Assembly (NCBI GenBank): GCA_032718475.1
Contig: JAUCBJ010001668.1
Location: 1 to 64,000 of the forward strand
Direction: 5' to 3'
Length of the DNA stretch: 64,000 nt
DNA from: Nemertoderma westbladi
Taxonomy: Eukaryota > Animalia > Xenacoelomorpha
Shown piece after piece: positions 12,525-25,060 of the stretch. The notes under the pieces are model-generated. The model had not been told where the DNA came from. It made no database searches and worked only from the letters and a program-made list of their open reading frames with translations. How positions within the stretch are numbered: position 1 is the first letter of the stretch; each line of letters begins with the position of its first letter. Both the position numbers and the translations under genes were made by a program.

Positions 12525-15351
12525 ATCCAAGACATACGCATAGGCCTATATACACAGTGCAATACTGAAATATATCTCAGTCCAGGATTTTTAGTAGGGC
12601 CTATGCTATGCTATGCAGTAGGGGTATGCCTCCTATCAGCTTATAGGCCTATCTCTGTATGTGTTAAGTTCAGATATTGCAGTATTGCCTAACTTCATTG
12701 AACTTATATCCTACGGTATTACTATATTGCCTGTTTAGTAGGCCTACCCGTCAGCCCGTACCCGCGTAGCGTATCCAGTATGTGAGTATCGTTACCGTTA
12801 CACGTGCACTCACATTTCCTTCTCATAGATTTCCTTTTCATTTCTTTCTCATAGAGCAGTAGAGGAAGTCTACAAATGCGAACTGTACAACTACCGGTAC
12901 TCTACACCTTCAGGTCACAGAAATGAACGAGTCATACTGCCTGACTGCTGTACCGTACCAGTAGTCAAGTTCCAGTACTGTATCACAGTAACAGTAGGCA
13001 TCGGATGTTAGGCCTTGCTGACTTCTGCTGTAGTGCAGTACAACAGTAGTGCACTACCGGTACTCTACAGCTAGCAGCAAGGGAACTAGGTAGGTAGCCT
13101 GCCATATGGGCATGGGCATGTTAGGCCTATCCTCAGCCAGTTCAATATGTGAATGCGTTTTAAAATGCCTTTTAAAAATCGTTTTGAAATCGACTTTAAA
13201 ATCCATTTTAAATTGCATTTTATTTTTTATTTGAATTTTTTTTCATATGCATTTTAAAATTAGTTTTTTTATTTATATTTTTTTGTTATGATACTCATGG
13301 GCCCCCATACAGGACCATAGGCAGAGTTAAGAAAAAATGAGAGGGCCGGATTTCAAAATGCCCTGATCGAGACAATTTAATCCAAAAAATATCAATTTAT
13401 TTTGTGTCCCTGGTGTAATATTTTTTGAAAATTTAAAATTTTAGGATGGCTAAAAATTAAATTACAAAAAACAAATATATATAACTAATAACTGTAATAT
13501 TAAAGTAATGAAAAGTAAATAACTATACAATAGAAGTAGTAGTTTTCTTATATACAATTGCTGCATATAAATAATAAGGGAAAGTTATATAATGTAAATT
13601 TATTATCGATGGCAATAGTAATATGATAGAGATAGAAAGTAATAATAAAAAAATTAATATTAAAATTTAACCAATTTTTATTTGTCTCATAGTCATAGTC
13701 ATAGTCATAGTCTCATAGTCGCTGCCCCCATCGGCGTCCCCGTCGCCGCCCCCGTCACTGCCCCCGTCGGTGTCGCCCCCGTCGCCGCCCCCATCGGCGT
13801 CGCCCCCATCGTCGCCCCCGTCGGCGCAGCTGCCGACTGGCTGGTTGCGAAGAATAGGCGAAGGGAATAGAATAATTGTAATTGTAAGAGGACTATAATT
13901 TTCTTTTCTTTTTTGGAATAATTAAGTGGTGGTACTGGATAGTACTGAAATCCAATAAACTATTGAATTTTGCGGTATCTTAGTTTTAAGTCTTAAGTTA
14001 ATAAGTAGATTGCGTTTGTAATTAACAGCAGAATTTAAATTTATTATTCTGGTACTGAATTATCAAATTCAGTAAAATTTTATTTTTATATTTAATTTTC
14101 GTTTCAGTGATACGTTTGATACGTTTGCAGTTAGTTGTTAGTGAAACACCAATGCAATATGAATGATTCTTCTGCGGTGAGCTTATATAATGTTTTATAT
14201 TTATAGATTAATATGGTTTATCTTTGTGGTGTGGGGCAGTATGTCGTAGAAACTACTACGAGAGGGTATGCCCCTGCTATAATGGGTTACACCCTATGTG
14301 GTGTGGGGCAGTATGTCGTAGAAAGTACTACGAGAGGGTATGCCCCTGCTATCATGGGTTATACCCTATGTGGTGTGTAAAGGCATGATATAATATATAC
14401 GATTGCCAGAAGTGATGGATTTGGAGGGGCAGAGAATAGCCCCACACTTCTTCTCAAACATCGATTTCAGTCTGTTGTTATTCAACAAAGCAGATATAAT
14501 TGGATAGAAATAAATAATACAAATTACTGATAGATATCTCAATTACTGTATGTAATTCATATTCATTTTCATAAAATATTGATACATTTTATGGTTCACT
14601 TTAATTCAGAGGCCATGATTCAGGGCTTTTTTTTTAATATTTTCATTTACATGGGATAAGATCTATAATGTTTAAAGTTTAAATTGAAACTTGTATAGGA
14701 AAAGCAATTCAACATTGCTTTGTCAGAGGTGCGGCGGTACGTGAAGTGTGATCTCCAGCGATATGGGAATCGCCATTGGATTCTCTTTGGTTGGGTGAAG
14801 AGTCAGATGCTCCTCCAGGTGTGGGGGCAGATGCAGCACCAGCACATTAAAGGGACTCAGTTGGCTTCTTTCGACTCATTTTGATTTAGTTTGTTTTGAT
14901 ATACTGTTATAACAATGTAAGAGCAGATTTAGTTTCGTTCATTTTGTTCTACTGTACTTTATTGGTTTTGCTTTATCTGTTATGTAATTTCTTATATAAT
15001 ATTTAATTCTAATATTATGTAGATTTTATTCACCCTCACGTAACTCATTAAATATTCTCGACAAGTATGACAGATTTGGCTAAACGGTTTTCATATTTGG
15101 AATCTGGAATCTGCTCTAGATAAAATAGAAAAAACATTTTGAAAAAAGAATTGAAAGCCACCCACTTAAATTAAATCATGAAATAGTGTTTATAGTTGTT
15201 TTAAGGGCTCCTGAAATATTTCCTTTTGTATTTTTAAGGGCCCCTGCTAATTAATATGGCATTTTGAAACCGTCATTGCAATGAAATGAAATGTCATTGC
15301 TAGGTACCCAGTTTAAAACCAATCAGGAAATAGTGATTCTCGTTGTTTTAA

Positions 15352-16934
15352 CCCTATTAGTACCGGGCTATAAAATGTTGTACAAATACCGGGGGGGGGG
15401 GGGGGGGGGTCATATTGACCCCCCTCCCCCCCCCCCCCCTCTGAAATCTACAAATATTTACGAAAACGTCTGATTTTTTGTTTGTACGTAGGTATCACTT
15501 GTCTGGATCCAACCGAAAAAAAAAATTTTCGAAAAAATGTACTGATGTACTGGGGTGGTTATTATGCAGCACCAAAATTACAAGTAGTGCACAATTTTCA
15601 CAAAATTTGAAAGTTACATTTTCGGCTAATTATTTTTCAATACAGGTTTTCTGGGGTGCAAAATACATTGGAAAATATTTAAAAATGATATGATTACTAT
15701 AAATGGCTGTTTAGTCCTCTCTGCGTAGGAAAAAAATGAAAAAAACAAGTAACCAGCACTTTTCAGTTAGAACACAAAATTTTTAATTCACTTATACGAT
15801 GCTATAAATTCACATTTTCAGGTTTTCGAGGGCGCTGATTCTAATGGAATACATTTCTAATATGCCAGATCATTGCTACTTGTATTTTTCGGCGTAATTT
15901 GGCAAATTTTGGTGCTAGCACCAAATTTCGTACCCATCACCAAAAAGTACAAGTTTGCGATGTCCAGTGTTGTTTTTATTGATTCCATCGGATTTAGGAC
16001 CCTCATAAACCCGTATAATGCAAGAAACAAGGTTTACTTATCAATTTGCATAATTTCCAAAATTTGGTGCTGGCACAACAATTATCACCCACCGGCGAAA
16101 AATACAAGTTTGAGAACTGTTATGAAATTTTTACTGATTCCATTGAATTCAGAACCATCACAAACCCGTATAACGCAAGAAACAAGGTGACACAATCAAT
16201 TGATATATTTGATGGTTTTCAAAATTTGGTGCTAGCACCACATTTTGCACCCACATCCGAAAAATACAAGTTTGAGATGTCTAGTTCGATAATTATATTT
16301 TCCATTTAATTCAGAACAGCCATACACCTCTAAAACGCAAGAAATAAATTGTCACAAGCAATTTTACCTATTGAATGGATTTTCAAAATTTCGTGCTAGC
16401 ACCAAAATTTACACACATCACCGAAAAATACAAGTTTGATGCGCTTGGTGCAACTCGTATATATTTCATCGAATCCAGAACACCAAAAAACCCCAATTGC
16501 GTAAAAAACAAGTTTCAAACAATAAATTTACAAAATTGACTTATTTCAAAATTTGGTGCTGGTACCAAAATTTGGCACCCACCGAAAAAAACAAGTTTGA
16601 AATTTCTAAATCAATTTATATGAATTCCATTCAATTTCTAACACCAAAAAACCGGTGTAAATCAAAAATAGAGATGTTACAATTCATATTTAATGAAATG
16701 TAATTTTCAAAAAACGTCTCAAAAAAAGTGTCAAAAGTAGGGTTAAAAAATGGTGCTATAACTCAAAAAGTACCCAATATTTTTGAAAACGGTTTTCACT
16801 ACTAGGAAGACAATAGATTTTTAGGAAAAGTCATAAAATTTCAGATTCCCAACTGCGTTTGTTTCAGAATTATAATAAAAAAACCACGGGGGGGGGGTCA
16901 TATTGACCCCCCCCCCCCCCCGGGTTTAATAGGG
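15352..16934 (-). mobile_element. piggyBac-type MITE, copy 2 (inverted)
   Basis: TTAA|CCCTATTAGTACC...GTTTAATAGGG|TTAA; reverse complement of copies 1 and 3. Confidence 0.9.
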
Positions 16935-16939
16935 TTAAG

Positions 16940-19640
16940 GGTTTCTGTGGTCGTTGTGGTGAATTCCGTCAGGCCTAAGCCAAGTTGAGACAATCTCACA
17001 ACCTGTAATTTATGGTATGGATAAGTATGGTCTATCCAGTTCTGTCTCGTCTTATGTTTGGTCAGTAAGTCCCCCTTCCCCTCCCAGTAGTCATGCAGTA
17101 TTAATCATGCAGTATTAAGCGTTGCTCTGCAATGGCGCCGAGAATGGTGGGTGCCGATTTATTGTCTGGTGGTTCGGTTGACATGGTCAATGCTACTACC
17201 GGTTAGAGGGCTGGCTCGGTGTACGCAGTCTTCCTTGAAAGTTCCTTTGTGGATGCCCCCAGCCATCCGCTTTTCTGTGAGTTAGATCCTACAACCCTTC
17301 CATCCACAGACCGTAAAACTGTTCAGCATATGGTCCAGGCTGAGGATCTAAAAGAGCTCAGGGGACTTTTCCACCACCTAAATGGAAAGGTCATTTCTCA
17401 CGAGGAGAAACTGGTGCACATAGCCCTTCAGTATTTATTGGAAGTCGCAGCTGAGGTTGGGAAAGGAATTAATGCCCGTGATTCGAAGGGGGAAGATACT
17501 TCTCGGCAACCCTGATCTTCTGATCGATCTCCACAAATTTGTGCATCTCAAAGTGCTTATGATCGGGACCAAATCCCTCAGAGTTTGTTAGCGAAGCAGA
17601 CCATTTCCGCTTCATTGCACTCCCCTTCTAAGGGAGATAGTAGTGGGCTGGGTTCTTGTCCCGCCCTCCCTGTTACAAATCGTGTGGTTCAAAATGGTTC
17701 GAATTGCGCATCATATCGTGTCCTGGGTTCCACTGTCCAGTCAACCTAGCAAACCTGTCATTCGGTCATCGGATGTGGTACTGGTTGTATTGAGAGGAAA
17801 TAGAGCGGCAACTACATCTGTCATTGCGGCTGGTGGATCTGGCCAGCATTCGCCTCCCTCGATTAATTCTTGCCAGAGAATAGATTCCGTTGGTTTTATT
17901 GTTCTCTTATGAAAGAAACCGGAAAAGAGCTGTTGGTATCGGATCGGGGAAGTTTAATACCTCCCTCGGGAACTCCCAACTTCATCACGCTCCTGCAAGG
18001 GGCAGTCGAGTTTTTGTGTCTCGTTTTCAACCGTCCACTAGAGTCGAGGATATTGTGGCATTTCTGAAAGATGAACATGAGCTTGTTGTGAACATTGAGG
18101 AGAATCTGGATCGAAAAGAAACTTCATATGTCTTTTATCCTTACTGGGAAGAGCGATGGTGAGGTGGCTAAGACACCTGGCCTGACACCTGGCCAGAGGG
18201 GACTATTGTTAAACGTTATGGTTATACGGGTGGGAGTGGTGGGCGCAAGTGAGGAAAACTGTAATAACAATGGCCCAATATGATAAACTGAAGATTTGTT
18301 CTTATAACTGCGAGGGTATTAGAAACAACCTAAAACGTGATTAAGGAATTGTGTAGTAATTATGATATAATTTTTTTGCAAAAAAACTTGGATGTACAAA
18401 CAGGATATTTGTAATTTTAATAAAATTCACCATGATTTTTTAGGTGATGGGTTGGCAGCAGTCGATCTAGAGGATGGTCCACACCGTGGTCGCCCCATGG
18501 TGGACTACTAGCCATCCTTTGGAGGGAGACTTTAACCTCTTTAATTACAATCAAAAAATTCAACAGTAATAGGTTAATGGGAGTAACAATAGCTACTGAT
18601 ACTCAACCGATATTGTTGATAAATATATATGTGCCTTGTGACTCAACAGACAACATTGACTATTTTATGGAACTGCTAGGCAAATGTTATACTATTTTCT
18701 CTGATTTTTCTGGCTCGCAATGATGTAGTTGGTGAATTTAATGCCAACCCAGATTGTAATTTTGGTAGAGAACTATAATCTTTTTGTACTTGGTCAAGTT
18801 TTATACTCAAGTGATATGGTTAACCTTCCTCGTAATACTTTTATCTATATCAGTCATGTCCATGGTACTACCTCGTGGCTGACCACGTTGTTTCTACAAC
18901 TTCCTTCCATCAATCTATTTCTAATTTAGTAGTTAATTATTGATATGTCGGTTATTGATCACATGCCAGTCGGTTTTAACATTTGTGCTAATTTTTCCTA
19001 TCCAATTGATAGTAATAATAACTCTGAATTTTTTGTCACTGGTAGGCGTAGACCCAATTGGGTAAAAGCTACACCAGAAATGAAAAACAATTATTTCTCA
19101 GTTTCTAATAATTTACTTAAGAATATTTTTGTTCCTTAAAAAAATTATTACGTGTAGTGATACTCATTGAACAAATGTTATGTTGATGTCATTGAATGTT
19201 TGACCAAGACTACAGCCAGCTGTATTCCGAGTGCCAAACACGATTCTAGTACTGGTTGTCATGGTAACAAAATTCCGGGGTGGAATGATATTGTGAAATC
19301 GAAACGTGAATCGGCGCTGGAGGCCTTTCGGATTTGAAAGGAGAATGGGTGCTCGAAGTCGGGTATTGCTTGGGAAGTTAAAAGTAAGACTGCAGCACAA
19401 TTTAAATTGGCATTACGAAACTGTAGGAAAAATGAAAACCAAATCCGCGCGGACAAACTCGCTGATTCTTTTGTGACGCCACCGAAAGTTTTTTTGGAAA
19501 GTTTCAAATTCGAAAACTCCACGTAGTAAATCGGTCGGTAGCACCCACACTGATCCTGATATTGTAGAGCTATTCAAAAGTAACTATGAGACTATTTTTA
19601 ATTCTGTTGGTGCTGACCCTATTGATGTTACTTTTGTAAA
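16940..19640 (+). mobile_element. Degenerate non-LTR retrotransposon (CR1/L2/RTE-X-like): ORF1 plus APE endonuclease, RT missing
   Basis: ORF1-like RVFVSRFQPSTRVEDIVAFL (about 18005); APE fragments KICSYNCEG, YDIIFLQ, GRPHGG, INIYVPCDS, GEFNA, DHMPV; linker IPGWNDIVK. Many stops and frameshifts; ends approximate. Confidence 0.7.
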
Positions 19641-19895
19641 GCTAAAATTTGATGACTGGAATGGATCTGGGCGGATCCATATTGGTCCAGGTAATATACT
19701 GGTATATATATACTGGTATATTGATCCAGGTAATTTGTAATTGTATTCACAGTACTGTGGTTTCCTATACCTGTAATACACAATAGGCGGACCTGCCATA
19801 TAAGAAGAGACTGTAATACAACCACCACAAAATAACTATCAATAACATGTTCTGTAACCCCCTTTATAAATAAGTTTTCACTACTGAAATTTCTC

Positions 19896-20057
19896 TCACA
19901 GACCAGGAATGTTGTCCTTCAGGAACTGTAAGTTGTGTGATATACGGGAATAAACTCCAGGATAACCCCGATTACCGCAGCCAGCACCCCAGCTAGTGAC
20001 TCCCACTAGTTCCCAGACACCACCATTGTTACACACAAGTGGTCCGCCAGAGTCTCC
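19896..20057 (-). CDS. Last coding exon of host trypsin-like (S1A) serine protease, gene A
   Basis: ttgtag|[53 protein letters not shown]; catalytic Ser motif and phase-0 acceptor. Not in the ORF track. Confidence 0.93.
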   Translation of the reverse strand, partial: GDSGGPLVCNNGGVWELVGVTSWGAGCGNRGYPGVYSRISHNLQFLKDNIPGL

Positions 20058-20824
20058 CTACAAGAAAATAAATGCAATCGGGTTAAATACAATCTGGGTG
20101 GAAAATGTTATAAGTAAATTTAATGAAGATATCCTTGGAAAAAAATAACCCAATCCTGGGCATTTTTCTTTCCAAGTGTGGCAGGGGAGGGGGTGGGGGA
20201 TGGGGATGAATGGCTCCAATGAATTTTAATGAGGTCATATTTATATGGGAGTAGGAATAGTTATAGTGGAGTGGCTTAGAGAGATAATAAGGTGAAATTG
20301 TGACAATAGTATCAATCGTGCCTTTCAATTTCATTTTCCTTAGCAACATTGATTTTACATAGCAACAAGGTAACAACTAACTATTGCATAGGTGAGATTA
20401 TTTCCAAAATTATGGAAAACAAACTTTAGTTCAATGACTTCTACATAGTTACCAATTTAGTTTCCGGAGAAATGGAGACTAAATAAGCTCATTATATTTG
20501 CCGAACTCAAAAACACTTGTTCCAAAAACATTGATACGTTATATCATAAACTATAATGGTTTTTGAAGGGAGGGGGGGGGGGGGAAGACACCCTGGTGTT
20601 TTTTTTAATTGGTTTATATCTCCAAGGTGGTTGAAAAGGGCATTGAAAACGATACACCATCTAAAAGAGAATCATCAAAACTAAAAAAAAATTTGAAAAA
20701 AATTGTTTCCCTAGCGGCTGAGAGCGGCCTGAGATAAAAATTATAAATTAATTAATAAAAAATCGCTAAAAAGACTACTCGTTATTTTCCATTTTTAGTC
20801 TCCATTACCATGGCACTTCCCCAG

Positions 20825-21030
20825 CCTTACATTGTTTTCCCCGTGAGGACCAGCCAGTGCATAATCTTGTACTTTGGCAGCCTCATGGAGTGAATGATCA
20901 TGGTGGACAGCCCATGACTTTCTTGAGACGCATCTTAAAGGACACTGGCCTAGAAGATGCGAATGATCTACCTAATATCATGGGTGATATGGAGTTGTGT
21001 CGCCGCAATTTTGTCAGCTGCACAACATTC
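20825..21030 (+). mobile_element. 3' fragment of an RTE-type LINE in the protease intron
   Basis: HC..EDQPVHNLVLWQPHG...ILKDTGL..MGD, resembling the C-terminus of RTE ORF2. Confidence 0.5.
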
Positions 21031-21538
21031 TTTAAAAAAAATAGATATAAATAATGCAGCTGCATATGATAGACATGGAGTTATATTATGGTGATGTTTA
21101 GTGGAATTAATTGAATCCTATTTAGAAGACGTATATTACACTACACAGTGTAGTGTACTACAACATTGAAAGGGTAGCTTTTAACTCATCACAAACAACT
21201 TCGATATCTAGGAAATTAAGGTATATAGCATTTTTTATTTTAACATTACGTGTTTGCAGAAAATACTTTATTTGCTGAGAACAGTACCAACAATGTCGTT
21301 ACCGGACTACCTGTGAGACAGAAGGAAGCCTACCCGTTCTACCTTCAAAAATGCTTAACCAATTCTTCATGGTTTCATGTAAGTATATATTTTAGACGGT
21401 GTGGATTAGGATTCCTTAATTTCTACGTTCGCTTATTTGTTCTACTGTATTGTGGTTCTTTATTCTACTTTATTGTTCTTGTGTGTCCTGCTGACCTGAT
21501 ATTATTCTGATAAAAAATTGTTTGATTTTAATTATTAC

Positions 21539-21559
21539 CTTGCAAGAATCCCTTCCACC
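21539..21559 (-). pseudogene. 3' part of penultimate protease exon (GGRDSCK), split by the Polinton
   Basis: Minus strand GGT GGA AGG GAT TCT TGC AAG|gtaat; splices in phase to the GDSGGP exon; the GG codons are the Polinton TSD. Confidence 0.9.
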
Positions 21560-21874
21560 AGTAGTATAGGATGCTAGCCCCTCCGCACAAAGTCACCCGT
21601 AGCCCATCATTACCATCCATTTCTGGTACTGCAGCCAATCAGAAGCCACCATTTCAACCTTTTGCAGTGGTCGTTATTATTTCAACCAATCAGATGTCAG
21701 CATTTCATCCATAACCATGGTAACTTCTCAAGTTCCCGCATCTTCCGCTAGAGGCGTTATTAGTCACCCAACGCTAGTACTGCATCCAATCACCAACCTT
21801 TATTTTACAGGTGTTCGAGTGTCTACACTTAGCATCAGGTAACTTCTATTATTTTTCAAATCGCTATTTTTCAC
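21560..21874 (+). repeat. Polinton left TIR (315 bp)
   Basis: Reverse complement of 40063-40377 with 2 mismatches by eye; contains several CCAATCA boxes. Confidence 0.95.
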
Positions 21875-22455
21875 CAACCATTCCATATTCATCTTCACAT
21901 AGCCTAACCTCACGATGCATGGCTAGCCCCCATCCCATCGCTACTCAATCCACAGCTGTTACCCACCCAACCACCCACCAACCAACCAATCAACGGCGAT
22001 GTTTGCCTAACCCTACAGTTATTCACCTTTTCACAACGTTACCACCACTGCCACGTTACCACCACCACTGTATACTGTATATGGTGACGACGTGGCCACC
22101 AACTACACGCATCGTGCATATATTATATCGATTGCCAAATCCACGACTGCTCTCGCCAAATCAACAAACCAACTAGTATGATACATGAGATTCCGTCACG
22201 TTCTAGCTACGCGTATACGAGTATTAGTGATCATTATTACGCAATAATTTTTTTGTTTATACAGTAGTTCCCTACCAGCTAATCAACCAATCAATAAACC
22301 GAATTTAGGCTATTTCTCAGTTTAAGACCTGTATTATTTTTGAAAATATCTTATATATATAATCTCTTGCTTTAATCGCAATTAATCATTTGTAATGGTT
22401 TTAGTTTAAAAGTTTTTACTTTGTTTGTTTGATTTACAATAAAATAAATTAAATA

Positions 22456-22902
22456 ATGTCTTCTGATTCCAATATGGTTATGCCAATGGTAAGGCATTCA
22501 TTTTTTGCAGAAGATGGTCAAGCCTATATTGTTATTGATTATACAATTTACCGTCAGGGAGATGATAAATATAAAATTGAATTTTCTGAAAAAGCCAGGA
22601 AAGTTTTAAGCTCAATTGATATTGATGCTTCTGATAATAGTATTCATCTTTTAGATTACAACCTGAAAGCTGAGCATGGGGGAGGAAAATTAAGCAACAT
22701 TTTACTATTATCCATGATAGAGGGATTTATTGTTATTACACAATACAACGAAGCTGGTGAAAAGTTTGAAATACGGCTAAATCGGCATAGCCCCTACGAA
22801 ATTATGTCTTTCTTTATTGTAATGATTTCAAAAGAATCCTTTGTCGAACCTGAAGAATCAGCGGATAATGTTGAATATGTTGATAATATCATTGATTCTT
22901 GA
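22456..22902 (+). CDS. Polinton hypothetical protein with acidic C-terminal tail
   Basis: Intact 148-aa ORF with a TATA-like run about 100 bp upstream; no recognised family. Confidence 0.6.
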   Translation: MSSDSNMVMPMVRHSFFAEDGQAYIVIDYTIYRQGDDKYKIEFSEKARKVLSSIDIDASDNSIHLLDYNLKAEHGGGKLSNILLLSMIEGFIVITQYNEAGEKFEIRLNRHSPYEIMSFFIVMISKESFVEPEESADNVEYVDNIIDS

Positions 22903-23071
22903 CTTTTCCCTCTATATTATAAATATTTTATGATTATATATAAAATTTTGTTGTTTTTAAATAATCGAAAATTGTAGTAGTATTTGTATATACAGTATAA
23001 CAGTTTTGTTTGTTTGTTGTTGTTGTTGTGTATTGTGGTAATTATTTTCAATTTACTTTAAAATTTGGAAA

Positions 23072-23527
23072 ATGGATATTTTAAATGAAAAATGTCCAGT
23101 TTGCTATTCTAAGTTATTGCAACAACATCGAGATTATTATAAATGTGAAAATAAACATGCAACTTGCGTACAATGTATTGTACAATATTCCAAAATGAAT
23201 AATTATTGTTCTAAAATTTGTCCTATTTGTCGCGCATCCATATCTAAGTTTAATATAAAGTTGGCAAGATACCAACCCTATTATTGGAAAGAGCTTCGCA
23301 ATATAACTTATATTTCTGCGAAGAAAAGTAATGATCCTGGAGATTTATTTACAATATTGGAGAATATTTTTTATAGAAACGTAGTACGACGCTGTTGCTA
23401 CTATATTCCTTATTTTATTAGCAGCGAACATAAAAAAATCATTAGCGCGAAATTCTCGGGAAGTGATTTCCAAACCGCCGATGTTACCTATCATTATTTC
23501 GCGTATAAAGATGCTCACCATGCTTGA
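23072..23527 (+). CDS. RING-finger (C3HC4) protein, putative E3 ligase
   Basis: CPVC...CENKHATCVQC...CPICR. Confidence 0.8.
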   Translation: MDILNEKCPVCYSKLLQQHRDYYKCENKHATCVQCIVQYSKMNNYCSKICPICRASISKFNIKLARYQPYYWKELRNITYISAKKSNDPGDLFTILENIFYRNVVRRCCYYIPYFISSEHKKIISAKFSGSDFQTADVTYHYFAYKDAHHA

Positions 23528-23740
23528 AATTACATCAGTCTATACTATAATTGGAAATAGCACCTTTTGCTGCAGCGAGCGTCACATACTGTAGTTGTGT
23601 CATATGTTAATTAAATATACAGTACTCTAATATTATTGTAGTTCCAACAATTATTGTTATATACATAGTAATGGTGTTGGTTTATTGATATTGATATTAT
23701 ATTATATTATATTGTTGATATATCTTAATAATAATAATAA

Positions 23741-24421
23741 ATGGCTGACTTTAATTCAGGCCCATATAATTTAAACTTTCAAATGGGTACAAGTATGATA
23801 ATTTCAGGGCCATCTGGTTCCGGAAAGTCAACCTTTGTGGGGAATTTAATTAAACACAAGAATGGTTGTTTCAACGAAGCCCCCTTGCGAGTATTGTATT
23901 GTTACGGGAGCAATCCCCCGACTATTCCTGGTATTACTCACCTTTACAAAGGCTTGCCTGAAAATATAGATAGTTTAGTCAATAGTCGAGATTTATTAAT
24001 TATAGATGATTTGTTAACAGAAACTGAGTCCAGTACAGCTTTAACTGTATTGTTTACTAAGGTGGCTCATCATTCCAATATATTTATTTGTTTTATAACG
24101 CAAAACATGTTTTACGGTGGGAAGCATAACCGCACAAGATCAATTAATAGCCATACTTTAGTATTAATGAAAAATCCGAGAGACAGTCTATCGGTTTTAA
24201 ATTTCGCGAAGCAGATGTTACCAGGGCAGACCAAATTTTTAGTTGATTCCTATCAAGATGCGACAATTCAACCATTTTCACATTTCTTAATTGATTTACG
24301 ACAGGAAACACCCGAACATTTAAGATTTAGATCTGATATATTTCGTAATCATAATTGTTACATTAAAAATTACACTGACTATAAACGTAGCGAAAATAAT
24401 AATAATAATAATGATAAATAA
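23741..24421 (+). CDS. A32/FtsK-like genome packaging ATPase
   Basis: Walker A GPSGSGKS, Walker B LLIIDDL, ITQN, RTRSINS, KNPRD, LIDLRQ..LRFR. Confidence 0.93.
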   Translation: MADFNSGPYNLNFQMGTSMIISGPSGSGKSTFVGNLIKHKNGCFNEAPLRVLYCYGSNPPTIPGITHLYKGLPENIDSLVNSRDLLIIDDLLTETESSTALTVLFTKVAHHSNIFICFITQNMFYGGKHNRTRSINSHTLVLMKNPRDSLSVLNFAKQMLPGQTKFLVDSYQDATIQPFSHFLIDLRQETPEHLRFRSDIFRNHNCYIKNYTDYKRSENNNNNNDK

Positions 24422-24450
24422 TTAATATTTTGTAACAATTAATAGTAACA

Positions 24451-24832
24451 ATGAATAGACTTGTGCAGAAATATCGTAACGAACTGGAATTTCTACGCAG
24501 CGCTACCCCTCAACAAAGAACTTATTTTATTAACCATACCGCCAGTAACGAATTAATACGGCTCATTGTAAATACTGCATTAAATGTTCTAAAAGGTAAT
24601 GTACAATTGACCCCTCATTCATTTAGAAATATTCGCCGCTATAAGAAGGTAGAAATCACTCAACCGTAAAACAAAAAATATATCAAGTTACAGAAAAAAG
24701 TTAAGCAATCAATCTGGAGGCATACTACCGTTTCTAATACCCTTACTCGGCATTGGTGCGAAACTTGCCGCGAGTGCCGGTGCCGCTGCCGCGGGGGCTG
24801 CTATTGCGAAAAAAATTAACCGTGGACGGTAG
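24451..24832 (+). pseudogene. Polinton small virion protein with GG cleavage site and hydrophobic/amphipathic tail; frameshift at about 24650
   Basis: ..ALNVLKGNVQLT.. continues in the +1 frame as KSLNRK..NQSGG|ILPFLIPLLGIGAKLAASAGAAAAGAAIAKKINRGR*. Confidence 0.75.
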
Positions 24833-24838
24833 GTAATA

Positions 24839-25009
24839 ATGGTTAAAACGGGAGTAACATTTAGAAAATTATATTTAGTATCGAGTAAACCGTTAGCTAC
24901 TGATTTAAAACCACAAGATATACCTAGAGTAAATACTACAAAAAGAAAACCCTTTAAAACATCAACTTCGAAGAAAATAATTAAAAAATTTCAGTTGTTC
25001 TTACGGTGA
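24839..25009 (+). CDS. Small basic Polinton ORF (56 aa)
   Basis: MVKTGVTFRKLYLVSSKP..KKFQLFLR*; fills the gap between neighbouring genes; TAATAATG start context. Confidence 0.45.
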   Translation: MVKTGVTFRKLYLVSSKPLATDLKPQDIPRVNTTKRKPFKTSTSKKIIKKFQLFLR

Positions 25010-25060
25010 TGCCCTTTATAAGAGATTTGAATATACATATTACTTGCGGTTGTCGAAAAG

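Larger units (their letters stand above)
8653..13309. mobile_element. IS3EU-type DNA transposon carrying an alpha-kinase
   Basis: TATGG...CCATA termini; imperfect long TIRs (8653 to about 9044 vs about 13017-13309); 6-bp TSD CAGGAC (8647-8652, 13310-13315); empty site CTGACAGGACCATAGG at about 2603-2618; two convergent ORFs. Confidence 0.88.
8412..14397. mobile_element. TIR element, copy 2 (3'-truncated), interrupted by IS3EU
   Basis: Starts GAGGCGAAACCTACCGATCAGCTG; 8424-8652 plus 13316-14397 are colinear with 2384-5860 once each copy's private insertion is removed. Confidence 0.65.

Noticed and set aside
15291-16703. Short ORFs inside the MITE copies (also 3085-3354 and 53918-54773)
   Set aside because: Not conserved in frame among the three copies; no domain motifs.
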